Part shown: piece after piece, positions 9,616 through 19,546 of the stretch
Layout: the number at the start of each line of letters is the position of its first letter
Position numbering within the stretch: the stretch's first letter is position 1
Source: a virus
Taxonomy: Duplodnaviria > Caudoviricetes
Length of the DNA: 59,734 nt
IMG/VR virus record: IMGVR_UViG_3300032676_000325
Coordinates: 1-59,734 of that record
Strand: one strand, 5' to 3'
Translations under genes and position numbers: made by a program
Notes under the pieces: model-generated
Told to the model about the DNA's origin: nothing
The model's database searches: none
What the model saw: only the letters and a program-made list of their open reading frames with translations

Positions 9616-9876
9616 TTATAATGTGCGACCAACAGTTTCCAAGATGTCTGTAAGTTCTTCGTGATCAGCATTAGTATCTGTAAATTTACTTTTTTGTGCG
9701 ATCTTAATAGCTTTTTTTAGGATAGCTGGTTTAATTTCTAATTCTTCTGCTACTGCTTTGATTGTATCGCTTAGACCTGCATTTAAATCTTCAACTTCTT
9801 GCATTACTTGAATGCCTTCGTTTACTAACTGTGTCAATTTGGCCTTTTGCTCGCTTGAAAACATACGTGATGCCAT
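9616..9876 (-). CDS. small dsDNA-binding protein (T4 DsbA/GapR-like)
   Basis: 86 aa helical; IKAVAEELEIKPAILKKAIK pattern; AAGGA SD. Confidence 0.6.
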   Translation of the reverse strand: MASRMFSSEQKAKLTQLVNEGIQVMQEVEDLNAGLSDTIKAVAEELEIKPAILKKAIKIAQKSKFTDTNADHEELTDILETVGRTL

Positions 9877-9901
9877 GTGTTGATTCCTTATTAAAAAATA
9901 T

Positions 9902-9930
9902 AGTTTATACTAATTAATTATCCATGTCAA
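9902..9930 (-). promoter_or_regulatory. sigma70-type promoter
   Basis: Minus strand TTGACA-N17-TAAACT upstream of the ORF starting at 9876. Confidence 0.65.
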
Positions 9931-9938
9931 CAGCTATC

Positions 9939-9946
9939 TATAAATA
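9939..9946 (+). promoter_or_regulatory. T4-type late promoter TATAAATA
   Basis: Exact TATAAATA 5 nt before the ATG at 9952. Confidence 0.65.
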
Positions 9947-9951
9947 TTTTT

Positions 9952-10689
9952 ATGTTTACATGGCCATATTTTCTCATTACATTTTTAATAGTATATCATC
10001 TAGCTAACAATATATTTTCTATATATGTGCATAGGTCAGTGGGCCATAATCATTTTGTTATAAATTATTATTTAGAACATTTTTTTAGATTTTGGCTATG
10101 GTTTACCTTAGCCTTTGGCAGTTATTATCGTTGGAAGGAACAATATGCAGGACAGCATAGGAAACATCATAGATATCCCGATACACCTTTAGATCCACAT
10201 AGCCCGCATCATTATACAATTAGACAATTGCTTGACTATAGCCATAACGATCCTACTAGGGCTAATTTTGTCACAGACGATGAAATTAAATTATATGCCC
10301 CGGGTGTAATGCCTGTTGATGATTGGATGCAACAACACATATACAGCCAATACCCCAAGGGTGGCATCTTATTAAATTGGATTCTACAAACTATTCTATT
10401 TGGTGCTACGGGATTTATTGCTGGAGCCTGCATATACTTCTTTATTAAAGATTATACAATCTTAGCAGGTAACTATAGTCTACATGTAATTGGATTTAGA
10501 CCAAAAGGAACCAAAGATAAATCTGTAAATTTATCCCCTATAGGAGTTATTATGGGTGGAGAAAGCCTTCATGCCAATCATCATAATGATGTCAGCAAAC
10601 CTTACTTTCATAGAAATTGGTGGGAAATTGATACCGGTTGGATTTATTGCAGATTGTTTATATTGCTTGGATTAATGCAGTTAAAGTAA
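9952..10689 (+). CDS. membrane fatty acid desaturase (delta-9-like)
   Basis: His boxes HRSVGH, HRKHH and HANHH; DPHSP, GESLH and WWEID motifs; hydrophobic segments. Confidence 0.92.
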   Translation: MFTWPYFLITFLIVYHLANNIFSIYVHRSVGHNHFVINYYLEHFFRFWLWFTLAFGSYYRWKEQYAGQHRKHHRYPDTPLDPHSPHHYTIRQLLDYSHNDPTRANFVTDDEIKLYAPGVMPVDDWMQQHIYSQYPKGGILLNWILQTILFGATGFIAGACIYFFIKDYTILAGNYSLHVIGFRPKGTKDKSVNLSPIGVIMGGESLHANHHNDVSKPYFHRNWWEIDTGWIYCRLFILLGLMQLK

Positions 10690-10732
10690 TGCTTGAATAA
10701 TGTCGTCTAGGGGAGTAGTAGTCCATCTAAAA

Positions 10733-11407
10733 TTAATTTAACCATAATGCTCGTGCTACATCTAACATTGAAGTATTAGTCCACCTAAACTGAATAGTTA
10801 CTCTATAATCATCTCTACGTCCGGCTGGGCGTTCAACGCTGTGTATTTCATTGATATTGTAAAGCCAAGTTTCACCTTTAGCTGGGCGTGCTATGGCTAC
10901 ACACTCGACTTTGTCTATGTCTGGAATAGACTTAGCAGGTAATTTGTGTGGTTCTCTTACAGCCCACCAACAGGTAGATTCATCAGCTGTGGTTACTGGA
11001 CAAATAAGTGTAACATCACGGTTGACATCGGAATGTGGTGCAAGATAATCGCCATTGGTCATGACCTGCATTCTAACATAAGGTGGTTTAGGCATGTTAC
11101 GAATTGATTCCGGTAACCGATTAAATATTTCTCTATCTAGATCGTCGGGCAATTGATATACACGTAATTCAATTGGCTTTTGGCCTGCATAATAGTCTAA
11201 TATTTTTTGTCTGTATTGATCAAATATTACTTGTTCTTCGGAACTTTCGATACTTTCTAAATAACGATTGTTTATCTTAGAATCACTTTTTTCGAGATAT
11301 TCACCGTTTAATATAAGTTTATCGTGATCAATTGTTAGCAGTTGATTAATTTGTTGTTCGATACTAGGTGTTAATAGGTCTATATCGGTTTGTAGAAAAT
11401 ATTTCAT
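10733..11407 (-). CDS. 2OG-Fe(II) oxygenase-like protein
   Basis: HxD (PHSD), distal H (IHSV) and R (YRVTIQ). Confidence 0.7.
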   Translation of the reverse strand: MKYFLQTDIDLLTPSIEQQINQLLTIDHDKLILNGEYLEKSDSKINNRYLESIESSEEQVIFDQYRQKILDYYAGQKPIELRVYQLPDDLDREIFNRLPESIRNMPKPPYVRMQVMTNGDYLAPHSDVNRDVTLICPVTTADESTCWWAVREPHKLPAKSIPDIDKVECVAIARPAKGETWLYNINEIHSVERPAGRRDDYRVTIQFRWTNTSMLDVARALWLN

Positions 11408-11482
11408 TGAAATTCTCGTATATAAAAATATTTAGTATGGATACCCTAAGCTCATAAATATTCAAAACAGGGGCATTGCATA

Positions 11483-12172
11483 TTGATTATTGGCTACAAC
11501 TATTCATTAATCGAAACTGATATTAAACTTATTGGTTATAAAGATTCCACTTATGTAGCCGATACTAAGTATCAGATACTATCTGACTCGCAAATTCGTT
11601 CAGTTAAAAGTTTTGATATAATTGAACCTGCTGAATTCTACAAAACTGATCTAAGTAATTTTAAAAATACAGCATTTATTGTTTGTGTATTTAAGGACTT
11701 AACTGAAAGAAAACAAATAGTTGAGTATATAAAAACACACAATCTAAAGAAATTTAGTTTTATTCATGATTCATCTAGTTTAAATATCAAAGAAATTACA
11801 ATTAGACCGGGTTCAATTGTTATGCAGTATTGCATCCTGGCACACCGAGCAGAAATAGGCGAAGATTGTTTAATTGCACCATATAGTTTGATCAGTCACA
11901 ATGTAAAATTAGGCAACAATGTAAACATCTGTCCTGCTACTGTAATCAATGGCAGTACTATTATAGGTGATTGGTGTTATGTAGGATCGAGAAGTACATT
12001 CAAAGATGGAGTATCTGTGACAGCTAATACATATTTGGGTATGGTATCTACAGTTAATAAAACCCTAGAAGAACCTGGTACATATATGGGTAATCCTGTT
12101 AGACGATTAAACGATCAAACAGTGTTTGAACATTTTAATTTTAATTCTGCAGCACCTTCTGCCCAGGCTTGA
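11483..12172 (+). CDS. hexapeptide-repeat O-acyltransferase (NeuD/PglD-like)
   Basis: Left-handed beta-helix repeats (IGEDCLI, SHNVKLG, IGDWCYVG) and YMGNPVR; TAAATA at 11455-11460; TTG start uncertain. Confidence 0.85.
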   Translation: MIIGYNYSLIETDIKLIGYKDSTYVADTKYQILSDSQIRSVKSFDIIEPAEFYKTDLSNFKNTAFIVCVFKDLTERKQIVEYIKTHNLKKFSFIHDSSSLNIKEITIRPGSIVMQYCILAHRAEIGEDCLIAPYSLISHNVKLGNNVNICPATVINGSTIIGDWCYVGSRSTFKDGVSVTANTYLGMVSTVNKTLEEPGTYMGNPVRRLNDQTVFEHFNFNSAAPSAQA

Positions 12173-13332
12173 TTTATTATGTCTGTGACCAATGTTTTAA
12201 AATCATTTTTAAAAAAATTGTAATTATTTATAAACCTACTTTTATTTTCCTTCCATAATTTCTTAACTACCTCCGTGTCTTTTAGTAGCGATAGATTTAA
12301 TTCTATTGCCTGAGACAATCGAAGTGCTGGATCAACGATATTATCGTAACTGTGATCAACAATATCATCAAACATGTCAAATCCCTGTTGGCGTAAATGA
12401 TTAACCGTGCCTAGTGTAGAAATAAAAATAGGAAAATTGGCACCTAGTATATTATTAACATATTTGTCATTGGTAAAGGCACTTGGTTCAAAATAGGTAG
12501 TATCAGTAATAATCTCTATAAATGTTTTCTGATATGTCTTAGAGAGTGCATTGTAATTTTTATTTAATGTAGGATTAAACGCTATCTCAGTTAATGTATC
12601 TTTAGAGATTTTTGAAAATCCTGAGAGTAATATGTTTTTAATAGGATCATGCACGGTATCGAAACACCAATCTAAAAAACAATCAATTGAGGTATTCTCA
12701 TAAGATCTTAATGTAATATAACCGTACGGGTCTAGTCCTTTGCCTAATAGGTAGCTGACTACAGCAGGTCGATGCGGCCTATTAACATTGTTTAGGCAGA
12801 TAAAAGTTTTATCTGAATTAAAATCTTTATTAGGTTCAATTATACAATCTTTAAAATGTATACTTGATCGTAATAAATTTCCAGATTTAGTACACTTGAT
12901 AATTAGATTGCTGGGTATATTGCACTGTGTAGTTTCTCTGTCAAGATAATCCACAACACTATAAAACAAGATATTTTTATTAGGATTGTTGTTAGCAGCA
13001 TTTATTAAATTTAATATGGTATCACTAATTAGAAACGGAAAAGAATAATTATTATTTTCATATTTTACATATCGGAGAAGATCAGAATGATGCAGATGAT
13101 CTGAATGATAAATTACAATATTCTTTTCGGAAAATTTATGTATATTTTCTGCTATAGTATGATCAGATAATTCTGTGAATACAAGTCGATAATCTGTAAT
13201 TCCATTTACATCTAGTTGATCAGTGATACCATTGCATAAATTGTCAAATAACTCTCGAATTCCAGATTCCCACTGTGGGAGATAGTTAATAGACAATGGA
13301 CCAGTACGGCCCCATATTAAAGCATTATTCAT
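12115..13332 (-). CDS. putative glycosyltransferase-like protein
   Basis: FICLNNVNRPHR...FIEIITDT...GFDMFDDIVDHSYD, resembling GT-B-like phage proteins; very AT-rich. Confidence 0.5.
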   Translation of the reverse strand: MNNALIWGRTGPLSINYLPQWESGIRELFDNLCNGITDQLDVNGITDYRLVFTELSDHTIAENIHKFSEKNIVIYHSDHLHHSDLLRYVKYENNNYSFPFLISDTILNLINAANNNPNKNILFYSVVDYLDRETTQCNIPSNLIIKCTKSGNLLRSSIHFKDCIIEPNKDFNSDKTFICLNNVNRPHRPAVVSYLLGKGLDPYGYITLRSYENTSIDCFLDWCFDTVHDPIKNILLSGFSKISKDTLTEIAFNPTLNKNYNALSKTYQKTFIEIITDTTYFEPSAFTNDKYVNNILGANFPIFISTLGTVNHLRQQGFDMFDDIVDHSYDNIVDPALRLSQAIELNLSLLKDTEVVKKLWKENKSRFINNYNFFKNDFKTLVTDIINQAWAEGAAELKLKCSNTV

Positions 13333-13343
13333 GCAATTACTTA

Positions 13344-13763
13344 TTAGGTAATTCTACACTTACGTAGTATTTTGGTAGCTGTTTCAAATTGTATTGCTAG
13401 ATTGTCAAATAAGTCTTCTGACGGACGAGCCATAAATGCACGAGTTAGATAAGCATTTTGACCTAGATCACTATAGTAATTACAACTAGGCCAACGGCGT
13501 TTACCCCATTCCATACTATTAATTAATAAACACTCGTCACCTACTGCTTTTAACACTTCTTTACGTTGGAGTGCAGGTAAGGTAACACTGGCTAATAGTT
13601 TGATACCTAAGGGTTCTGTATTGATCGTTGGTTTGTCTAGATAGTGTGCAAAAAGATGTACTAGATATGCTTCTACGGTATGTTCTAATTCAATAGTTAA
13701 TGCTTGCTCTGCTTCTTTAATAAGCTCGTAAGATTCTTTAACGTAGACTTCCCAATTGGTCAT
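13344..13763 (-). CDS. hypothetical protein
   Basis: 139 aa helical ORF abutting the upstream gene. Confidence 0.75.
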   Translation of the reverse strand: MTNWEVYVKESYELIKEAEQALTIELEHTVEAYLVHLFAHYLDKPTINTEPLGIKLLASVTLPALQRKEVLKAVGDECLLINSMEWGKRRWPSCNYYSDLGQNAYLTRAFMARPSEDLFDNLAIQFETATKILRKCRIT

Positions 13764-14177
13764 TTATGGTAGTACCACCGGAGGTGCTTTAAGGTATTCA
13801 GGATAGGCCTTGTCAAAATCACGCATGATGATACCAGCTACTTCATGTGCTTCATTTTCGATTGGGCTACCTGTGTGCCAACTGGTTGAATCTAATCGAT
13901 GTTCTTCACCTTGTACATAGTGTGTCATTTCGTGCGCTAAGGTACGTAGAATATCCACCGGTTGGCGATTGGCTACGACTACAGATATAGCTCTTTCTTC
14001 GTTGACAAAACGACCAAATGTTGGAATATTTGCATCTGGTATTGATTTAACTAATTTAATTTTTGGAATGTGATCTAAACCCAAATGCTTAACAGCAATA
14101 GGCAAGAAGTCACGTAGTGCATCAATTAAAGTTAATTGTTTAGATTCTTCCTGTTCAAACATTTCGAATAGGTTCAT
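13764..14177 (-). CDS. zincin-type metallopeptidase, candidate internal virion protein
   Basis: HEXXH (LAHEMTH) plus downstream ENEA; N-terminus MNLFEMFEQEE. Confidence 0.75.
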   Translation of the reverse strand: MNLFEMFEQEESKQLTLIDALRDFLPIAVKHLGLDHIPKIKLVKSIPDANIPTFGRFVNEERAISVVVANRQPVDILRTLAHEMTHYVQGEEHRLDSTSWHTGSPIENEAHEVAGIIMRDFDKAYPEYLKAPPVVLP

Positions 14178-17100
14178 TATAGTAATCCTGCCAATTTACG
14201 TAAAAGGTTAATGCTTTCGTTTGTTTGATTTATAGCACGAATATCCAACGCACCAGTAGCTAATCCTAGATCTTGTTCATGTTCACGTGCTTTTCTTACA
14301 GCATAAACAACATCGCCTTGTCTTACGCGACTAACCACTTGACCAGTTGCGGGATTATAAATTTCCCATTCGCTGTGCTCTGGATCAACACCTTGCGGAG
14401 CCTCTTCATCACTCTCACTGCCCATAAGGTCATTGATATCCTCGTCATCATGCGATCGCATATCCTGTGAAATCTGCTCACGCTCGCGACGCATACGTTC
14501 ACGCTCATCAGCATCATCTGCAAAAGTATTAGTTGGTGCGTCATCGTCTGGGTTAATACCGTTAGCACGCAATTGACGTTTAAGTAAAATTCTAATATAA
14601 GCTAATTGTTGATCAGTTAGAGTAAGGTTACGGCCAGCATCTTCACGCGATAGATTTCTTAGCATATTGATAAGATGCATATCTGCGCTATAACTTAGAT
14701 CATTAGCAATGTAATCTTTCCAATGCTGTGGCAATGTGTCAAACACTGGATTTCTAGTAGTATCATCGTTATCTACAGCATCATTATTGCTACGACGGCG
14801 TAGTTCAGTCTCAATAGCTGTCTTGACAAATGCTACTTGATTACTATATAAGCCACTACCGATGCCTCTACCTGCTTCAATATGATCAAGAGCCTGGCGT
14901 AATTCTAAATCATGATGTTCACCTACACGCTCTAGCCATGATCTAGTACCTTCTGGTAAACTGTCAAATAGTTCTCTAGGACCAGTTTCACCAGCATCCT
15001 GTCTGCGACGCAGTTCATCATCAATGGCTCTAATCACAGCATCGCGTTGTTGTTGTGATTCTAAACTGGGATTGTGTTCACCTTGTTCAATTTGACGTCT
15101 AAAGTCAGCAATAACTTCTGTGCGTCTATTAGGTAATGTGTCAACCCAATTACGCCATTGTTGTGGAATAGCATGTACCGCACCACTACCCTGTGTAGCA
15201 GCAATGGCTACTAAGTCATTGGCATCAACATTCAATCCGTGTTCTCTTGCGAACAAGTCCACTGCTGCAAGTTTAGCCTGACGTGGAGTAACAGCATCAA
15301 CATATACAGAACTGCCACTTGCGGAACTAACTCTCCAACGTGTCATTTCATCAGCACTGTCACTACCATCATTGTTTGTTGCCTGTCTATTAGCAATAAT
15401 ATCATCAATTAGGTTAAGCAGATAATTGGTATCGTCGTCAGTTAGGCCAGCACCAGCATACGAACCTGATTGTAGTCTACGCTTAGTTTCACGTAGGTCA
15501 CTATCTAATGCTCGCGGAGCAATATCTCTTGCCCATCGTTGCCATGGAGTTGGCAATGTGTCTGGCATAGGACCCGCTGTGTTACGGGCATTCTGTCGGC
15601 GGCGTAGTTCGTTATCAATTTGTTGGATAATCCAAACATTAGCCGCTTGATCTAAACCATCCCTGCCGTCTTTAATTCGTTGTCTAACTTCGTTTGCTAT
15701 TGCTAAGGTAACATTAGGTAATGTATCTTCAACCCAACTCTTCCATCCTTCAGGTACTGAGTCTGGTATTTGTGTACTGGATTCTTTACGGAACTCAATT
15801 AGTTCATTAATGTAGTCTAATAGATACTGTGTACTCTCATCGTCTAGATAACTAAAATTCCCAGCTTTAAGTTCTTGTTCAATTCTGAACAGTTCATTTG
15901 CGTCTGCTGTTGGTGCTTTATCTTTGATCCAATTTATCCAACCACCAGTCAATGATTCTGGTGCTGGTTTAGTTGGTGATGGACCCGGAGGAGTACGTTC
16001 AAACGGCTCAGCCTTAAGTTTGCTGATACTGTCCTCACGCTTCATGCCTAACTGCTTACCACCTTTGATAATAGCATCTGTAACACTTTGCGCAAAGACC
16101 ATTTGCTTGCCGCCAGTACCGTCTTTGTTCATAACCCAGTACTGTTGTTCTTCACCTTTCTTCTCTTTACGAGCTGTCTGTGCCTGACGCACATTGCTGA
16201 CTAATTCGTCTTTGTTGATCTGCCCCATAGCATAGCGACTGAATAGGGATACTGAATTGTTAGGATCAGTCCAATCACCTTCATTTGGGCTTACTAATTT
16301 ATATAACTTCTTAGCGTATTCTTGTTTGTAAGCATTATCATCTGTGGCAATGCGTAAGGCCTGTGCTAGACGTAGAGCAGTACCAGTTAGTTTAGTTAAG
16401 TCTTGATCTAAATAGTCGCCACCTGGGCCACGGAACTCCACATACTTGTCTTTGGTATTGATACTTGTATACTTTTGTGTAACACCACTGTGTACTAATT
16501 TACTTGCAGCTGCACCAAGATGTTCTTTCATCTTGTTTAATAAGGCTGTGGCATTCTCTGGATTCTGTTGAATCTTTTCTTTAACAATCTTCATAGCACT
16601 CTTACAGTAGCTATTGTAAGTACGACCAAATTCTGATAGTACATGCTCGTCACCGAGGAACAGTGCTAATTTAACATAATCCAATGACTCAATAGTCATG
16701 TTAGGTACACTGATATTCATGTGTAGGCCAGTTGACTTATTAGTATAACAACCTTCTGACTTAGCCCATGCTTGAACTTTTTTCAGCATTTCAATACCAT
16801 CTTTAAGTGGCATTGCTGGACTGATAAACTCTAAACCCGCGTCATCGCTATCAGCATCAATACTACCATCTGGTTCAATAATGAAGTAACCTTGTTCTTG
16901 TTGTTGACTACGACTACCACTGTGGTAGTTGCTATAACCTCGTGCTGGGAATCCTGTGCCGTCTGTGAATGCTTCTGCTACTTGATCTACGTCAGCACTA
17001 CCTTCATCACGGTAGTTAGCATCATACATGTGTGGCCAATCTAAGTCCCAATAGCGATGTGCGTCCTGCATGTCATCAACACCAATTGACTCTAACCAAT

Positions 17101-17749
17101 CTGTTTGGCTGGCATAGCTGTCACGCCACTCATCTTGCAGTTCTTCTTCGGCAGCTTCGCGGGCACGTTCGTATTCGCGACTGTCTGCTTCTTCTATCTG
17201 TTCATCAATCCAGCGATCCATCCATAGTAATGTTAATTCACGTACACGTTCTTCTATAGCGGCATCATCGTCGGGTAATAACTCACCTAATTCTTTCTTA
17301 GCATCTGCGACAAAATCATCGTATTGATTGTTGCTGGCATCGCGAGCATCATCCTGTAGATTCTCGCGAGTTTTCTTAATTACTTCGTCGTAGTTTTCGT
17401 CTACGTAGTTCTGTGAGCCTTCATATTGCCATTCTAAATATTCGTTATATAATTGGCTACGGGCACGTTCGGCATCACTACGACCCATACTGCTGAATTC
17501 ACCATTACGGAAGAAGTTAATAATTTCGTCAATGTCGTAGGCGCTTTCGTTGGCGTCCCAGTCGTATTCCCATTCAGGCTCATCATCACCTGATGATGCA
17601 TTTGGCACGCACATTTCAAACTCAATACCCATTAGCATGCCTTCTGCTTCTGGACTATTGGCGAATTTTTCAAGGCTACTAGGACTCATTGATACTTCAT
17701 CAATGATCTCTGCTTCTCTTAAGGCTTGTTTAATTTGACTATAACGCAT
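14177..17749 (-). CDS. putative amidoligase (COOH-NH2 ligase) with C-terminal tandem helical repeats
   Basis: GIEFE, DGSI, GLEFISP, STGLHMN, KY and VEFR motifs; acidic insertion; six W-x-x-W...ELRRR-type repeats; ends LRKLAGLL. Confidence 0.8.
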   Translation of the reverse strand: MRYSQIKQALREAEIIDEVSMSPSSLEKFANSPEAEGMLMGIEFEMCVPNASSGDDEPEWEYDWDANESAYDIDEIINFFRNGEFSSMGRSDAERARSQLYNEYLEWQYEGSQNYVDENYDEVIKKTRENLQDDARDASNNQYDDFVADAKKELGELLPDDDAAIEERVRELTLLWMDRWIDEQIEEADSREYERAREAAEEELQDEWRDSYASQTDWLESIGVDDMQDAHRYWDLDWPHMYDANYRDEGSADVDQVAEAFTDGTGFPARGYSNYHSGSRSQQQEQGYFIIEPDGSIDADSDDAGLEFISPAMPLKDGIEMLKKVQAWAKSEGCYTNKSTGLHMNISVPNMTIESLDYVKLALFLGDEHVLSEFGRTYNSYCKSAMKIVKEKIQQNPENATALLNKMKEHLGAAASKLVHSGVTQKYTSINTKDKYVEFRGPGGDYLDQDLTKLTGTALRLAQALRIATDDNAYKQEYAKKLYKLVSPNEGDWTDPNNSVSLFSRYAMGQINKDELVSNVRQAQTARKEKKGEEQQYWVMNKDGTGGKQMVFAQSVTDAIIKGGKQLGMKREDSISKLKAEPFERTPPGPSPTKPAPESLTGGWINWIKDKAPTADANELFRIEQELKAGNFSYLDDESTQYLLDYINELIEFRKESSTQIPDSVPEGWKSWVEDTLPNVTLAIANEVRQRIKDGRDGLDQAANVWIIQQIDNELRRRQNARNTAGPMPDTLPTPWQRWARDIAPRALDSDLRETKRRLQSGSYAGAGLTDDDTNYLLNLIDDIIANRQATNNDGSDSADEMTRWRVSSASGSSVYVDAVTPRQAKLAAVDLFAREHGLNVDANDLVAIAATQGSGAVHAIPQQWRNWVDTLPNRRTEVIADFRRQIEQGEHNPSLESQQQRDAVIRAIDDELRRRQDAGETGPRELFDSLPEGTRSWLERVGEHHDLELRQALDHIEAGRGIGSGLYSNQVAFVKTAIETELRRRSNNDAVDNDDTTRNPVFDTLPQHWKDYIANDLSYSADMHLINMLRNLSREDAGRNLTLTDQQLAYIRILLKRQLRANGINPDDDAPTNTFADDADERERMRREREQISQDMRSHDDEDINDLMGSESDEEAPQGVDPEHSEWEIYNPATGQVVSRVRQGDVVYAVRKAREHEQDLGLATGALDIRAINQTNESINLLRKLAGLL
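14560..15960 (-). repeat. six degenerate ~60-70 aa protein repeats
   Basis: SLTGGWINW, SVPEGWKSW, TLPTPWQRW, AIPQQWRNW, SLPEGTRSW and TLPQHWKDY, most ending in an I-x-x-E-L-R-R-R-like helix. Confidence 0.75.
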
Positions 17750-17755
17750 ATTAAG

Positions 17756-17761
17756 TATTTA
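17756..17761 (-). promoter_or_regulatory. late promoter TAAATA
   Basis: TAAATA 6 nt before the ATG at 17749; no SD. Confidence 0.6.
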
Positions 17762-17776
17762 TCGCTTGTTTTATCT

Positions 17777-17856
17777 TGCTCACTTTTGGCATCCCTCCAG
17801 GCCAGCAGCCGGCCACACCGTACCGTTACGAATAACGGGTCCTAAGGTGGTGTTCT
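17777..17856 (-). ncRNA. candidate structured RNA
   Basis: GC-rich intergenic patch with a CCGUUA-UUCG-UAACGG hairpin enclosed by CACC/GGUG, followed by a GGCCG/UGGCC hairpin. Confidence 0.5.
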
Positions 17857-17955
17857 TTACGACAGTATTACAGTAAAAACAACGGCCCATGACCAAGCAA
17901 CAAGTCCAACTACTATGGTTAGGGGTAAGTTTTCAAATGTAAAATATTCTTTCAT
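17857..17955 (-). CDS. 32 aa single-pass membrane peptide
   Basis: Manual translation MKEYFTFENLPLTIVVGLVAWSWAVVFTVILS; ATGA overlap with the upstream gene. Confidence 0.55.
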   Translation of the reverse strand: MKEYFTFENLPLTIVVGLVAWSWAVVFTVILS

Positions 17956-18428
17956 AGATATCCTACCCAAGCAGGACCTTTATATCCTTGTGGGTACGCT
18001 TGTAAGTGTTGTATAGTTCTATGCCAGCCTTCTGCTAAATCGTATCCCTGTGCTGTTTTGAATACAATAATAGGTTCTTTGCTTACACCCTGTGTTTGTA
18101 TCATTGCCTGTTGTGTAGCGTGACGTTCAGCATCTTTAGGAACACCGTAAGGGTTAGCACTTCCGCCTGCACGAAGTTTAATACGTTGTTGTGTTTCTGG
18201 TGTAAAAATGTCTAAGGTAATTGATAATGTTTCTAAACGCCATTGACGAACTGGATAATCTTTTTTAATACCCTGCATCCAATCTGCCAACTCTGCTGAA
18301 TCAGTGATGCCTTTGGCATTTTTATATAACCAATCATTTACTACATACGGTGGCCATGTAGGAAATTGTTGCTGTAGATAATCTTGCAGCCTGTTTCTTA
18401 ACTCAGTTATGAATTCTTTTGATCTCAT
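17952..18428 (-). CDS. ParB/Srx-like domain protein, candidate internal virion protein
   Basis: EPIIV...YDLAEGWHRT; N-terminus MRSKEFITE. Confidence 0.7.
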   Translation of the reverse strand: MRSKEFITELRNRLQDYLQQQFPTWPPYVVNDWLYKNAKGITDSAELADWMQGIKKDYPVRQWRLETLSITLDIFTPETQQRIKLRAGGSANPYGVPKDAERHATQQAMIQTQGVSKEPIIVFKTAQGYDLAEGWHRTIQHLQAYPQGYKGPAWVGYL

Positions 18429-19336
18429 TAGCAGTTCCAGCGACGGCGTGCTTTACAAATTGCCTTATCTGGAGTTTTGGCACAGCTGATATTGTGCATT
18501 TTCATCTGTCCCTTGCTACGTGAGCAGTAGCTCTTACGGCGTTTGCTGGCTTTGCTACCTTTTTTAAGTTTGCTAGGTTTAGTGGTAACGGCTGTTTTTA
18601 ATTTGCTACCAGGATGTTCACGACGATAAGCATTGACAGCTTTCTTACTCATGCCGTCAGTTTTGTCTTTCTTGTTGACCTTTTGCCAATCTTCATTCAC
18701 TGGTTCCTGTGTAACAGCAAATACATATAGTTCATCATCTGACAATGATTCTAAATCTTCCCAAACAACTTCACTATCAACATTATTCTTAGCGGCAATA
18801 TGCTCAACTATTGTTTCGATCATGTCAAACTCTAGATCTAGTTCTTCGTTTATACCTGCTTTTTTCTTTTTAGCAATAGCAATAGCAGCCTGTTGTGCAG
18901 CATTAGCGGCTTCATCTACAGTAGATTCGCTGAGATCAAATTTTGCGTCGTTGACCCAACTTGTTACATTAGCAGCATATTGTGCTAAGATTTGCGGATC
19001 AACATTTTGTGCTAAGTAATCTTCAAATTCTAAGTCGCCTAATCCTAAAGTATCTTCGTAATAATCATTCCACGCATGACCGATTTCACTGTCCCAACGA
19101 TCTAACCATTCATATCCATCATCATCACCTATTCTTGCAATTCGCCATACACCCTTGGCAACTTTTCTTGCATTTTTTGTTGTTTGAGATTGGATATCTT
19201 CTTCTACGCTTTCATTTGGCACACAGTTATTAACACGAACGCCACCTTTGATCTTAGTGCCTTCTTTGTGTTTACCTTTCCAGCATTTTGGATCTAGACG
19301 TTGTTTTACTTCAGCTAAAAATTCAATTGCTCTCAT
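18428..19336 (-). CDS. modular internal-head-like protein
   Basis: N-terminus MRAIEFLAE; CWKG...NNCVP module, acidic middle, basic C-terminal RRKSYCSRSKG...RRRWNC module. Confidence 0.75.
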   Translation of the reverse strand: MRAIEFLAEVKQRLDPKCWKGKHKEGTKIKGGVRVNNCVPNESVEEDIQSQTTKNARKVAKGVWRIARIGDDDGYEWLDRWDSEIGHAWNDYYEDTLGLGDLEFEDYLAQNVDPQILAQYAANVTSWVNDAKFDLSESTVDEAANAAQQAAIAIAKKKKAGINEELDLEFDMIETIVEHIAAKNNVDSEVVWEDLESLSDDELYVFAVTQEPVNEDWQKVNKKDKTDGMSKKAVNAYRREHPGSKLKTAVTTKPSKLKKGSKASKRRKSYCSRSKGQMKMHNISCAKTPDKAICKARRRWNC

Positions 19337-19527
19337 TTCTTTTTCCCCGATTTCATATTAGCACACCAATGTGCCATGCGTTGCTTTTCGCCTGTACTAT
19401 GTGCGGCTATACTACGTAATTTACTCACTGACTGTTTACAGTTAACACCACTGCGTTTGGCTAGACCTTTACGTCCTGGTTTCTTGCCATCAGCAAAATT
19501 TTCTATGATAAATTCGTTAGCTCGCAT
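19333..19527 (-). CDS. small basic protein, candidate internal virion protein
   Basis: MRANEFIIE followed by a basic 55 aa module. Confidence 0.75.
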   Translation of the reverse strand: MRANEFIIENFADGKKPGRKGLAKRSGVNCKQSVSKLRSIAAHSTGEKQRMAHWCANMKSGKKK

Positions 19528-19546
19528 AATTTATTCTATTTACCAT

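Noticed and set aside
17800-17815. GGCCGGC match to the start of the HDV ribozyme
   Set aside because: Only 7 nt match, and I could not build the nested double pseudoknot; the element is kept as an unassigned RNA candidate.
17952-18428. ParABS partition system
   Set aside because: There is no ParA, no HTH domain and no parS-like repeats; only the ParB/Srx catalytic-type motif is present.
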